From: a virus
Lineage: Duplodnaviria; Caudoviricetes
Strand: one strand, 5' to 3'
Virus record (IMG/VR): IMGVR_UViG_3300020570_000022
Location: 1 to 32,166 of that record
DNA: 32,166 bases
Position 1 is the first letter of the stretch. Each line of letters starts with the position of its first letter. Shown here one piece after another: positions 9,875 through 19,152 of the stretch. The translations under genes were made by a program, and so were the position numbers. The notes below the pieces were generated by a model. The model made no database searches. It was not told the DNA's origin and saw only the letters and a program-made list of their open reading frames with translations.

Positions 9875-12800
9875 AGCGGGTAGGCTCTCACACCTGTGAT
9901 GGCAAGGTAGTCTACGTTAGCCGCAGTCCCCGATCCAGTAAAAACAAGCGTCCCAGGCGAAGCAGCAGATGTACCTTGTACAGTCAGGATGTTTCCTGCC
10001 GTACCAGCAGCAGTCCACGATGTAGTGATCCGCTGGGTAGTCGTGCCGATGTTGATTGTGTTTGCACCAGCAGCGGTGCTGCTAATCGTTTTGAACGTGT
10101 TGTTGCTAAAGAGTGTCAAAGTACCAGCACCGCCTTGGTTTAACGTGATGTTGGTGTAGGCAACACCACCGCCAACGAAGATCTTAGCCGAAGCAGAGGT
10201 CAGAGAGATTGTGCCGGTGCCGGTGACGGTGAGGTTGGTGGAGGTGGCGGTGTTCCATCCTCCTGTTCCTGCTAAAACCCATGTTCCAGAACCTATGGCA
10301 ATGGTTCTAGTGTTAGAGTTAGTAGATGAAAAACCGCTTGACGCGCCAGATAAAGTTACGTTAAACCCATCAGCATCAAAAGTTCCTGCGGTTACTGTAA
10401 AAGCAAAGCCTGCGCTTCTGTCGCAAACAAAAGCATCTTGCAATGTCACTGAACCACCGGGCGTATCGATCGTAAAACCTTGCGTAAAAGTCTTGCCAGC
10501 ACTCGTAATCGTCTGACTGCCTCGGCCAGAAAACGTCAAGGCTCCGGTACCCGTCAGCGTCGTGCCAGTCCCGTTGACCCAGTTGCCGTAGATTTGAGGA
10601 GTGGTCGATCCCGTTGCCAGCGTCACCGTGTTACCAGTCCTCAACGACATATCAATTGTGCCGATGTTATAGGACTGATCAACTGTAATCGTGCTGCCGG
10701 ATGCTGGATACGTTGCAGCAGGGAAAATCACCGTATCTTGAGCCAGAGGGAATTGCGTAACATCCGCTGCGCCACCTTCCGTAGCAGACCAGCCAGTAGA
10801 CGATGACCAGTTGGCTGATCCAGTCGAGCGGACATAAACGGTTTTCCCAGCAACAAACGTAATCCCGCTGTTGCCCTTGCAGTCGCCCAGTCGAGTACCC
10901 GACACAGGAGCAGCAGCTCCAGCTATGGTGATGTCTCGAAAGTCTACGTCTGTGCCGGAGAACGCAGCGGTAGTGATCGTGCGTATGGTTCCAATCGTGT
11001 CAGAGCGGACGAAGTGACGCATCGTGGCATTGGTGCCAGCGGAGAGAGTTAGCGTACCGGTGACGGTTTGGTCTGCGGTGAGAGAGATGTTCTTTAGACC
11101 AGCAGACGTGATGCCGGTAAATGACAGGTTGTTAAAACTGTTTGCGCCGTTGATTGTGACGGTTCCGGCACTGGTGCTGGTGAAGCTGACGTTGTAGAAG
11201 GTTTGGTTGTTGCCAGATAAAGTTGGCGAGGTAGCAGAACAATTGATCTGAGATGTGCTTGCGGTAACGGTCAAGTCTGCCCGAACAGCTTCAGTAGTTC
11301 CAAAATTAATAACGCTGGATAGGGTTGTAGTGCCAGAACCAAAATTTATAGATCTAGCGTTTGTGCTTGAATTAGATGCAATCAGTCCAGCAGTAACATT
11401 GTATGAATTAAAATTTAGACTGCCACTTGTAAGTGTAATTGATTCTGTTCCAATGTTTAAGGCGCTCCCCAAACTCCAGCCGCAATCAACACCATTAACA
11501 TTAATAGCACTCGCCAGCGTCACCCCGTTCGTTGTAAACGTCAGCCCAGTCGAGTTGCTTGATAGCGTCATCGCTCCGGTATACGTCCTCGTCAGCCCCG
11601 TAGCAGGCAGCGTCACGTTGCCATGTATCCCGACCATCGCAGTCGTTCCGGCGAGCGTCACGTTACCCACAAGCGGCCCAGCAATAGTCAGGGACTTCAT
11701 CCTGATGCCGCCGGTCACAGCGTTCACCGTAGCGGTGTAGGCAGTCGCGTTAGAAGCGGAATCGAAGACTACGTCGTCATGGCTACGGGGCACAGAAGCA
11801 CCAGATCCGCCACCAGATCCGGTAGACCATCTCGCAGTATCCGACCAGTTGCCCGTTCCACCGACCCAATAGCGAGTGGAATCTGCTGGTTTAGCAGTAC
11901 GGTAGACAGGTGCTCCGGCAGATCCAGTGGAGTTAGCCCCAGCGTAGAACTCACCGGGGCTTGTGGCTGCAAACCCAATGCTACCCATCGCAAGGTAGTC
12001 AATGCCCGAGGTACATGCGCCAGCGAGAACGTGAGAAGTTCCCGTACCCGTCAGCGTGACCACGTTGCCTACAGTGCCAGTAACAGTCCACTTGCCAAAA
12101 GTCTGGGTAGTGGAGCCTAGAGCGATGGTATGCGCTACGGTTTTGGTTGAGGCAAGTTCGGTGAATTGGTTGTTGCCGGTGATTGTGAGGGTTGATGTGC
12201 CTGTTGTTCCACCGATGGTGAGTTTGTTGTAGGAAAGACCACCACCTGCAAAGGTACGAGCAGATGTGCTGGTGTCAGACAGGACGATGTTGGCGGTGCC
12301 TTTGTAGAAGTTTAGGTTTGTTGTGTTTGCAAAACTCCAAATTCCAGTGCCTATATCTGTCAATGTCCAAGTTCCTGACCCCATTTTTAACGTTCTAACT
12401 GACGTCGAAGAATCTGCTGTCCAGCCTAACGGTGTTACGTTATAAGTAACGGCATCAAAAGTGCCGCTATTTAGTGTTATAATTCTCGCGGCAGATAAGG
12501 CATCTGCAAGTTGTGTTATTCCTGAAACAGAATCAATTATCACCGGGCATCCAAACTGAACGCCGTTGCTGGTAATGGTTTGTGTACCGCGCTTGGAAAA
12601 AGTAATCGTACCGGTCGTGCTGCTCGATGTAACTCCAGTACCAAACAGCCAATTACCGTAAACCGTTGGCGTATTCGTGCTGGTTGTCAGCGTCATTGCA
12701 CTCGTTCTAGCCGAGGCATCAAACGTGCCGATGTTCCACGCAGTGTCAATTGTGATCGTGCCAGTCACGCTGCCTGTGTTATCAAACACCGCCGTGTCTT

Positions 12801-14763
12801 GGGCTAGCGGAAACTGATTGATGTCCGGTGTACCACCAGATCCTGTACACCACGCCGTAGCACTCCAGTTCTGAGCGCCTGCAAGGTTCCAGTAGACGGT
12901 CTTAGCAGCAGGAAACGTGATCCCAGAGTTCCCGCCGCAGTCACCTGCTCGGGTCGGAGATGATCCCGCTGCTGTGCCAGCGATGGTGATGTCTCGGAAG
13001 TCGCAGTCTGTTGCGGAGAGAGTGCCTACGGTAAGAGTGCGGGTAGTTCCGAGGGTATCTGAGCGGACAAAGATGCGACGGATTGGCGATGCTCCGGCGA
13101 CGGTGAGGGTGCCGGTGATGGTTTGATTATCACTAATATTTACAAATCTAAACCCAGCGCTTGCTGGGGCGGTAATTGTTAAATTATTAAAAGTGTTAGC
13201 CCTGTTAAATGAAGATGCGCCGCTTGCTGCGCTGCTAGTTATTGCAACATCGTAAAAAGTTTGCCCACCACCTGAAAACGCCTGGCCTATTGTCCCCGTA
13301 CAAGATATTGTCGATGTTCCGGCATTAAAAGTAAGGTTTGTGCTAATAGTGAATATTAGGTTAGTACTTAACGTCACCGTACTCGACCCAAGCGTAATCG
13401 TCCTGATGTTTGAGTTACTAGACGATAGCGATCCAGCCGTGACATTAAAGTTCTTGGTGTCAAACGTGCCGTTGGTAACGGTGAGGGTTTGTGACCCAAT
13501 GTTCAGAGCATCAGCAAGCTCGACGGAGCCACCGTAGGAATCAATGGTGATTGGTTGGCTAAATGTCTTTCCGGCACTGGTGATAGTTTGTGTGTTGCGC
13601 CCTGAGAATGTCAGAGAATTCGTGCCAGAAAGCGTAGTTCCAGAACCGTTTAACCAATTACCATAAACAATTTGACCAGCAAAAACATTTATTGTCATCG
13701 CACTTGTGCGACCCGCCATATCCACCGTGCCTGTATAAGGCACAGCAGAATCCATCGTAATCTGACCAGTCACTGAACCTGCGTTTGTAAACGTAGCGGT
13801 ATCCTGAGCGAGCGGGAAGTTGTCGGTTGAGGGTGTCCCGGTAGACGTTGTTGCCCAACCATTAGCCGACCAGTTTTGTGCGCCAGCAAGGTTCCAATAC
13901 ACCGTCTTAGGCGTATCAAACGTAATCCCTCGGCATCCACGCAAGTCACCGATGCGAGTACCAGAGATCGGCGCAGCAGTGCCAACAACGTAGATGTCCC
14001 GGAAGTCTGCGTCTGTCAGACTCGGTGCGCTGTTGATGGTGAGAGTTTGGGCTAGACCGTAGGTGGCCCCACGGAACCAGACGCGACGGTTGCCTGCGGT
14101 GCCGGTGGTGGAGAGAGTGCCGTTGATGGTTTGACGAGCATCAAAGGTAAGTTGCGCAACTCCAGCGGCTGCGGGGGCAGAAACGGTTATGTTATTAAAT
14201 GTGTTTGCGCCAGATATAACTCGTGTTCCAGCGCCTGTACTAGTAAAACTAACATTATAAAATGTATTTCCAGAAAAAGGCGTTAAATTGCTTCCGGAAT
14301 ACAATCCAGCGGCTGCGGCAGATAAAATTATGGTAGAAGTACCTGCATTTAAAGTTAAATTTGTATTACTAGCAGAATTCCAAGAAAGTGATGAACCACT
14401 TAACGTAACCGTACTGCTACCCAGATTGATCGTCCGTGTGTTGCTGTTGCTGGACGACAGGGATGTAGCAGTGACATCGTTGTTGTTGGTGGTGAAGGTG
14501 CCTGCGGTTAAGGTGATGGCACCAGAACAAGTCAACGTGCCGCCAAGGCTCAGTGTCGCAGCAGCAGCGTTGATCGTGACTGAAATGACCGATGCGTTGT
14601 AGTTTGTGGTGATCGTTGGCGAACCAGAGTTGCCATCAATCGTTACATCATCCGCAGCACCGGGAACAGACGCACCACCAGCCCCGCCCGAGGTGGCAGA
14701 CCAGTTGGCAGTGTTGGTTGTACTCCAAGTGCCGGAACCACCGACCCAAAATCGAGCGGCCAT
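9871..14763 (-). CDS. Giant Thr/Gly/Ser-rich beta-solenoid-like virion protein (adhesin/fibre), 1630 aa, five modules
   Basis: Five ~290-345-aa modules each opening with (Y/F)W....NWS...W...P...D and closing with DFRDI...GD..GITF or DYL...YAGxNST. Confidence 0.8.
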   Translation of the reverse strand: MAARFWVGGSGTWSTTNTANWSATSGGAGGASVPGAADDVTIDGNSGSPTITTNYNASVISVTINAAAATLSLGGTLTCSGAITLTAGTFTTNNNDVTATSLSSSNSNTRTINLGSSTVTLSGSSLSWNSASNTNLTLNAGTSTIILSAAAAGLYSGSNLTPFSGNTFYNVSFTSTGAGTRVISGANTFNNITVSAPAAAGVAQLTFDARQTINGTLSTTGTAGNRRVWFRGATYGLAQTLTINSAPSLTDADFRDIYVVGTAAPISGTRIGDLRGCRGITFDTPKTVYWNLAGAQNWSANGWATTSTGTPSTDNFPLAQDTATFTNAGSVTGQITMDSAVPYTGTVDMAGRTSAMTINVFAGQIVYGNWLNGSGTTLSGTNSLTFSGRNTQTITSAGKTFSQPITIDSYGGSVELADALNIGSQTLTVTNGTFDTKNFNVTAGSLSSSNSNIRTITLGSSTVTLSTNLIFTISTNLTFNAGTSTISCTGTIGQAFSGGGQTFYDVAITSSAASGASSFNRANTFNNLTITAPASAGFRFVNISDNQTITGTLTVAGASPIRRIFVRSDTLGTTRTLTVGTLSATDCDFRDITIAGTAAGSSPTRAGDCGGNSGITFPAAKTVYWNLAGAQNWSATAWCTGSGGTPDINQFPLAQDTAVFDNTGSVTGTITIDTAWNIGTFDASARTSAMTLTTSTNTPTVYGNWLFGTGVTSSSTTGTITFSKRGTQTITSNGVQFGCPVIIDSVSGITQLADALSAARIITLNSGTFDAVTYNVTPLGWTADSSTSVRTLKMGSGTWTLTDIGTGIWSFANTTNLNFYKGTANIVLSDTSTSARTFAGGGLSYNKLTIGGTTGTSTLTITGNNQFTELASTKTVAHTIALGSTTQTFGKWTVTGTVGNVVTLTGTGTSHVLAGACTSGIDYLAMGSIGFAATSPGEFYAGANSTGSAGAPVYRTAKPADSTRYWVGGTGNWSDTARWSTGSGGGSGASVPRSHDDVVFDSASNATAYTATVNAVTGGIRMKSLTIAGPLVGNVTLAGTTAMVGIHGNVTLPATGLTRTYTGAMTLSSNSTGLTFTTNGVTLASAINVNGVDCGWSLGSALNIGTESITLTSGSLNFNSYNVTAGLIASNSSTNARSINFGSGTTTLSSVINFGTTEAVRADLTVTASTSQINCSATSPTLSGNNQTFYNVSFTSTSAGTVTINGANSFNNLSFTGITSAGLKNISLTADQTVTGTLTLSAGTNATMRHFVRSDTIGTIRTITTAAFSGTDVDFRDITIAGAAAPVSGTRLGDCKGNSGITFVAGKTVYVRSTGSANWSSSTGWSATEGGAADVTQFPLAQDTVIFPAATYPASGSTITVDQSYNIGTIDMSLRTGNTVTLATGSTTPQIYGNWVNGTGTTLTGTGALTFSGRGSQTITSAGKTFTQGFTIDTPGGSVTLQDAFVCDRSAGFAFTVTAGTFDADGFNVTLSGASSGFSSTNSNTRTIAIGSGTWVLAGTGGWNTATSTNLTVTGTGTISLTSASAKIFVGGGVAYTNITLNQGGAGTLTLFSNNTFKTISSTAAGANTINIGTTTQRITTSWTAAGTAGNILTVQGTSAASPGTLVFTGSGTAANVDYLAITGVRAYPL

Positions 14764-14764
14764 G

Positions 14765-14974
14765 TCAAGCCTTCACATAACGAACGCCATCAATCTCGAT
14801 GTACTCAGGCTCTTGCTCCACAGGAGGAGCAGTGACAATCGCAATCCAGTTGTCCCGGCGCTGTTCTTTCATCGCTTGGATTTCAGCGTCACTTAGACCG
14901 TGATCATCCGGCAGGTGAAGTGCGTCAGCAAACTTGCCATGTGGTGTTTCAAATGAGAAGTCAATCTTGATCAT
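14765..14974 (-). CDS. Small acidic hypothetical protein (possible chaperone of the giant protein), 69 aa
   Basis: GAGGT RBS; FADALHLPDDH...MKEQRRDNW motif; stop 1 nt before the giant gene start. Confidence 0.7.
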   Translation of the reverse strand: MIKIDFSFETPHGKFADALHLPDDHGLSDAEIQAMKEQRRDNWIAIVTAPPVEQEPEYIEIDGVRYVKA

Positions 14975-14983
14975 GCCAACCTC

Positions 14984-15406
14984 TTACGCAATGCGAATGA
15001 TTGCATTAGACGCATCAGCAGTCGGGAATTGCACAACAAAATCACCATTTGTGCTGGTCTTGTCAGATCCAAAGTCAAGCACAGCAATCGCTCGATTGGA
15101 CTTGCTGCTGTTGTAGATCAATGCACCGCGAGCAGTGAATGATGCACTTGACCAAGTGCTATCTGAGAAGTCTACAAACGCAGTTGTGCCACTGGACGAG
15201 ATTGTAGCTCCTGAGAGCGTGTTTCCTCCGGTGGTGTACCCGTTACCATTAGCAACCTCATCCGTGCTGCTGTAGGCTGTTGTAGAGGCTCCAAGTGTGG
15301 CCGATGATGTGAACAACGCGATTTTGATCGTATCTGTATCAAGATCGTGTGTGCCACCAAGAAGCTCCGTCTTGAAGCTGGTACACATTGCTTGGGTGAT
15401 AGCCAT
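14984..15406 (-). CDS. Virion structural protein, 140 aa
   Basis: MAITQAMCTSFKTELL...KIALF...GYTTGG...TARGALIYN...AVLDFG family common in phage structural regions; GAGGT RBS. Confidence 0.75.
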   Translation of the reverse strand: MAITQAMCTSFKTELLGGTHDLDTDTIKIALFTSSATLGASTTAYSSTDEVANGNGYTTGGNTLSGATISSSGTTAFVDFSDSTWSSASFTARGALIYNSSKSNRAIAVLDFGSDKTSTNGDFVVQFPTADASNAIIRIA

Positions 15407-15409
15407 GAT

Positions 15410-16030
15410 TTACCTCTTCTGAACTGTCATAACCATAGGATTGCCAGAATACTCTGCCTGCTCATCCGATACAGTGAGATCCTGCAAAGACCGCTGAAAC
15501 AATGCCGCCCATGTCTGAATCCTGGCATCATTCATCAGATATGGCTCTGCTTCTGTCAGCGCACCATAAAGCAGAAGATCAGGACAAACACTCGTAAATG
15601 TGTTCGTGCTTGTGCTGTCACTCAAAAACGTCGGCGCAGCGTAATACAACATCCACAGCGTGTAGTTGCTGTCTGCCACAGGAGCAAACTGCATTTCCTC
15701 TGACAGGATGGTGTAGGCGACAGGCTTGCCGCTCTCAGTCACCCGCGCATTCCTGGTGAACGAAGCAGGAGACAGGTATCCGATGGGGATCTCTGGATTG
15801 CCATCCAGATACAGGTTACGCATCTGGAGGAAGTCGCTTGGCAGACCGACAGTGCTATCACCACCAGTCATCGTCGTGCTAGACAGCTTTAGCATCTCGC
15901 GGATGCGAAGCTGCCTACGCAGACGGATCTCAGCCAGCCGGATAAAGTCAGGAATCTGGCTACTTAGATCGCTTCTTGCGAGATAGTTTGCGACCGTTGT
16001 TTTGAGGTCGCTGTAAGTTGCTAGGGCCAT
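15410..16030 (-). CDS. Head-tail adaptor (T7 gp11 / P22 gp4 / SU10 adaptor-like)
   Basis: TYSDLKTTVANYLARSDL..QIPDFIRLAE and PDLLLYGALTEAEPYLMND motifs; position after capsid. Confidence 0.8.
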   Translation of the reverse strand: MALATYSDLKTTVANYLARSDLSSQIPDFIRLAEIRLRRQLRIREMLKLSSTTMTGGDSTVGLPSDFLQMRNLYLDGNPEIPIGYLSPASFTRNARVTESGKPVAYTILSEEMQFAPVADSNYTLWMLYYAAPTFLSDSTSTNTFTSVCPDLLLYGALTEAEPYLMNDARIQTWAALFQRSLQDLTVSDEQAEYSGNPMVMTVQKR

Positions 16031-16676
16031 GCTTTACGTCATCCCATCCAAAGGTCTTGACGCCAATGTGTCCGATGTGCATTGACAGTTCATGGTCAAC
16101 AAACACCGGAATGTCATTCTCCATGCACCGGACGCAGAACGTAACATCCTCACCGATGACATTGCCGTGATCAGTCCAGATGACATCAAACCACGGTCTA
16201 GGGATCTTCTCAAACACTTCCCTGTTGACAAGTGTAACCGCAAAACCCACTGCGGTCACCTGTTCAACACCCTTCTTCCCCCTGCTTTCAACCTTATGCC
16301 AGACCTGTTTCGGCTCTCCTGGCTTGCCGTTGAGCATCTCCCGCTCAATCTTAAGGTTCAACGCAGTCGGCAGAATCGGCTCTCTACGCGTTGTAGCGTT
16401 AACACCGCAGATCGGTACTTGCCTCGCCTGAAGGATCTCCAACGTGTCAGCAGGGAACCGCTGATCAGAGTCAATCCACAGAACTTGGTCTGCCCCCCAT
16501 TCCAGAGCTTCCTGCGCCAGTTTCTCACGCTGAGTGAAGATCAGCGTTCCTGGCATCTGCAACAGTTGTATTTCGTTCTGACCCCGTTTTGCCTCGTATC
16601 CGACCAATCTTGCTAGGTCAAAACAGAATCCGCTCATCACCTCGTCCCGACATGGGACACAGATTGCAACCTTCAT
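15960..16676 (-). CDS. GT-A fold (GT2-like) glycosyltransferase
   Basis: KVAICVP start strand, VLWIDSD (DxD), GEDVTFC catalytic motif, C-terminal HIG; AAGGAGGAG RBS. Confidence 0.85.
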   Translation of the reverse strand: MKVAICVPCRDEVMSGFCFDLARLVGYEAKRGQNEIQLLQMPGTLIFTQREKLAQEALEWGADQVLWIDSDQRFPADTLEILQARQVPICGVNATTRREPILPTALNLKIEREMLNGKPGEPKQVWHKVESRGKKGVEQVTAVGFAVTLVNREVFEKIPRPWFDVIWTDHGNVIGEDVTFCVRCMENDIPVFVDHELSMHIGHIGVKTFGWDDVKHGPSNLQRPQNNGRKLSRKKRSK

Positions 16677-16684
16677 GCTCCTCC

Positions 16685-16993
16685 TTAAACGCTTCCTGGG
16701 TAAGTCCTCCAGACTCGGTTATCAGGGTCATTCAACCAAGCCTTAAATCGTTTTTCGTCTGTCACCATGAATCCACGCATGATGCCCATCTTGTTGAGGA
16801 CATCAATCACCGTGTTTGGAATCCTGGCAACATGGGTCAACACATCGTCAACCTTCTTGGTTGCAGCGTTGACCTGTTGTTTGTTTGCTTCAACGATGTC
16901 AGACACATCCTGCTTTGTTGTCAGGATGATCTGATCATCTTGCAGTGTCGCTACGGTGTAGCGAGTCTCGCTAATGCTGAATAAGTCTTTCAT
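16685..16993 (-). CDS. Conserved phage protein downstream of capsid, 102 aa
   Basis: QDVSDIVEANK...HVARIP...WLNDPDNRVWRT motif; ATG 16993 (GTG 17020 alternative). Confidence 0.75.
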   Translation of the reverse strand: MKDLFSISETRYTVATLQDDQIILTTKQDVSDIVEANKQQVNAATKKVDDVLTHVARIPNTVIDVLNKMGIMRGFMVTDEKRFKAWLNDPDNRVWRTYPGSV

Positions 16994-16995
16994 GC

Positions 16996-17026
16996 AAAAA
17001 GAGGGAGCAGGTTTCCCCACTCCCTC
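16996..17026 (-). terminator. Intrinsic terminator after major capsid gene
   Basis: Minus strand GAGGGAGTGGG-GAAA-CCTGCTCCCTC-TTTTT: 11-bp stem (2 G-U), GNRA loop, U5. Confidence 0.85.
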
Positions 17027-17043
17027 CCATCAGTCATTACTGA

Positions 17044-17988
17044 TTACAGAGCCGGATTCAAATCGGCTACGATGCCATGCGCTGCCTCGTTCCGCATCTC
17101 CAGCGTGAACTCAGCGAGCAACTGGGTCTTCTCAGCATCGCCGGTCTTAGCCAGATCATTCGTTGCAAACGGACGCAGATACGCAATCGCAGCGTATTCC
17201 GGATCAAGCAGCAGTGCATCCCGAGTACGCATGAAGCGATCCGGGGTGACCGACAGCGTACCAAAGTCGCTCATGTAGACATCAGCAGCACCGATGATGG
17301 TCGTCGGCTGGTCGCCAGGAGCCATATAACGCTGTGCAGCAATACCAGCGAAACTCGACACCTTCTGCTTCAACCCGCTGTTGACCACCAGCAGTTTTGG
17401 ATTGCCACCCGAAACAAACACCTCGGCAACAACATCCTTCAGCAGCGTCTCGGTGAAGGTACGGGTAGCACCATCCGATCGAGTCGAGACACCAATCGTC
17501 GTCGGATCAGTGCCAGACGTACCAGCGGAAGTGTTGGTCTTCAGCCAGGACAGAATCGCACCGAGTTTCCGAGCGGTGGTGGACGAACCAGCAGTCTGCC
17601 CTTGGTTGGCAGTGATGATGGTTTCCATGTCGCGCTTCAGCTCAGACGCAGCCTTGGAAAGCTGATATGCCTTCTCCGACTTCCGGCCAGCCTTGTTAAC
17701 GGCTTCCAGCGTGTTGGAGATGCTGATCGTCTTTTGAACGATCTGCGTATAGTTTCCAAGACGAACAGTCGGGCTGATCGTGGTAGCAACAGCATCAGCG
17801 CCCTCAACCGCAGCGTTTGCAGTCGTAGCAGCAGCCAGCGAATCGCTTTGCCATTCGTGATAAACAGCAGTCGCTTTGGTGCGAGCCAGGGTCGACAGGA
17901 TCGGGGTTTCGGTCGGACTGATGTCGTAGATAACATCAATCAGGTCTTCGCGCATACCGATTGCGCTGTGTGCGGTAAAAGTGCTCAT
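17044..17988 (-). CDS. Major capsid protein (DUF5309 / SU10-type), 314 aa
   Basis: REDLIDVIYDISPTETP, HEWQSDSL, NYTQI, ELKRDME, YMSDFG, LAKTGDAEK motifs; TAAGGA RBS before ATG 17988; after scaffold, before terminator. Confidence 0.92.
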   Translation of the reverse strand: MSTFTAHSAIGMREDLIDVIYDISPTETPILSTLARTKATAVYHEWQSDSLAAATTANAAVEGADAVATTISPTVRLGNYTQIVQKTISISNTLEAVNKAGRKSEKAYQLSKAASELKRDMETIITANQGQTAGSSTTARKLGAILSWLKTNTSAGTSGTDPTTIGVSTRSDGATRTFTETLLKDVVAEVFVSGGNPKLLVVNSGLKQKVSSFAGIAAQRYMAPGDQPTTIIGAADVYMSDFGTLSVTPDRFMRTRDALLLDPEYAAIAYLRPFATNDLAKTGDAEKTQLLAEFTLEMRNEAAHGIVADLNPAL

Positions 17989-17998
17989 TTCAAAATCC

Positions 17999-18916
17999 TT
18001 ACAGGAATCGTTCAAAAATGGCAGCAGCGTCTCGCGCTTTGCCGGTCTTTTTCAGGACTTTGCGCTGATCCCTGATTGCCATCTCCTCTGTGTTCACCGG
18101 CCTACTGGTTCCCGGTTTCAACACTTTCGGAGCTTCTGCAACCTTCTTCTGGACACCCGGTTTCTGCGACAGAAGTTTGTCGTATTGCGCGGCTTTCCAG
18201 AGAGTCAATACAGCGCGTGAATCGTAGACCTGGGCAAGTTCCTGATCCGTGAAACCGAGTTGTTTGGCGTAAGTCCTGATCTCGCCTCTAACCGTTTCAC
18301 CCTTCTGTGGATCTGCAAACTCAGGGATCGCTTGAGCCAGCTTCTGCTGTTCCTCGGCAACGATGCTTGCAAGTCTCTGCTGATGCTCCGATTGTTGCTG
18401 GTAGGCAATTCGTTGCTGTTCTGCTTGGACTGCTGCTAGTTGCTCTCGACGCTGCTGTAACTCTGCGACCTTGACTGCGTATCCGATTGGATCAGATTCT
18501 TTCAGTGCCTCAAGGTTTTCTCCCTTCGACTGTTCTGCCAGAACCTGCTGAATAGCTTGCAGACGCTCGGCATACTGATCTCGGAGAGCTTTCGCTTGCT
18601 CGACAGCCTGTCTCTCTGCTTCCAGAGCTTTACGCTGTTCCGCTAGCGATTGGGTTTTCTGCGTGTAATCCGTGCCAAGCTGGTAAGACTTGATCAGTTC
18701 ATCCAGAGTAACCTCGCGTTCCTCACCTGCGGCTTTCACCCGGTAGCGCGGAGTTTCCTCAACCTGCTCAGTCTGTTCCTGCTCCTGCTCAACAACCTCT
18801 TCCTGCGGTTCCTGCTGGTCAGGCTTTTCACCTTCAGCATCGCCCATCAGTCCAAGAATTGCGGCAGCGCCACTGTTTACATCAAGCTGTCCACTTCCTT
18901 GCGGAGTAGTGTCCAT
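17999..18916 (-). CDS. Capsid scaffolding protein
   Basis: Acidic N-terminus, VKAAGEEREVTLDEL..SYQ...DYTQKTQ motif, long coiled coil, LKKTG...DAA C-terminus. Confidence 0.88.
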   Translation of the reverse strand: MDTTPQGSGQLDVNSGAAAILGLMGDAEGEKPDQQEPQEEVVEQEQEQTEQVEETPRYRVKAAGEEREVTLDELIKSYQLGTDYTQKTQSLAEQRKALEAERQAVEQAKALRDQYAERLQAIQQVLAEQSKGENLEALKESDPIGYAVKVAELQQRREQLAAVQAEQQRIAYQQQSEHQQRLASIVAEEQQKLAQAIPEFADPQKGETVRGEIRTYAKQLGFTDQELAQVYDSRAVLTLWKAAQYDKLLSQKPGVQKKVAEAPKVLKPGTSRPVNTEEMAIRDQRKVLKKTGKARDAAAIFERFL

Positions 18917-18924
18917 TCAAACCC

Positions 18925-19152
18925 TCACAAAATTTTCCATCGTTTAGACCTGATCTCAGTCGTATCGGCAATCGCTTGGAAATGACTTTTGATCAAATCT
19001 ATTGCGCGAATCATTCTATAGGAATTTTCTCTAGCGTCAACCTCGTGATCACTAGAGTTAACAATCCTGTCAACAAACCCTTGTTTCAGGCTTTCCAGTT
19101 CCCTGACAAACTCATCATCCCGGAGCAGATTGGCTGCGCGTTCTGGATTCAT
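18925..19152 (-). CDS. Small helical protein between portal and scaffold, 75 aa
   Basis: ATGA overlap with portal stop; usual podoviral position. Confidence 0.75.
   Translation of the reverse strand: MNPERAANLLRDDEFVRELESLKQGFVDRIVNSSDHEVDARENSYRMIRAIDLIKSHFQAIADTTEIRSKRWKIL

Noticed and set aside
12865-13910. Near-duplicate DNA encoding KTVYWNLAGAQNWS as a possible DGR template/variable pair
   Set aside because: Differences are at synonymous positions, not adenine-specific; no reverse transcriptase in the window
15960-16030. 71-nt overlap giving the glycosyltransferase a basic tail (similar cases at 6561-6598 and 30114-30157)
   Set aside because: Ordinary run-on past the next start in a compact genome; no sign of function
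17077-18075. 332-aa plus-strand ORF antisense to the capsid gene
   Set aside because: Mirror of a strongly codon-biased gene; no motif or RBS; the same applies to the other plus-strand ORFs in the track
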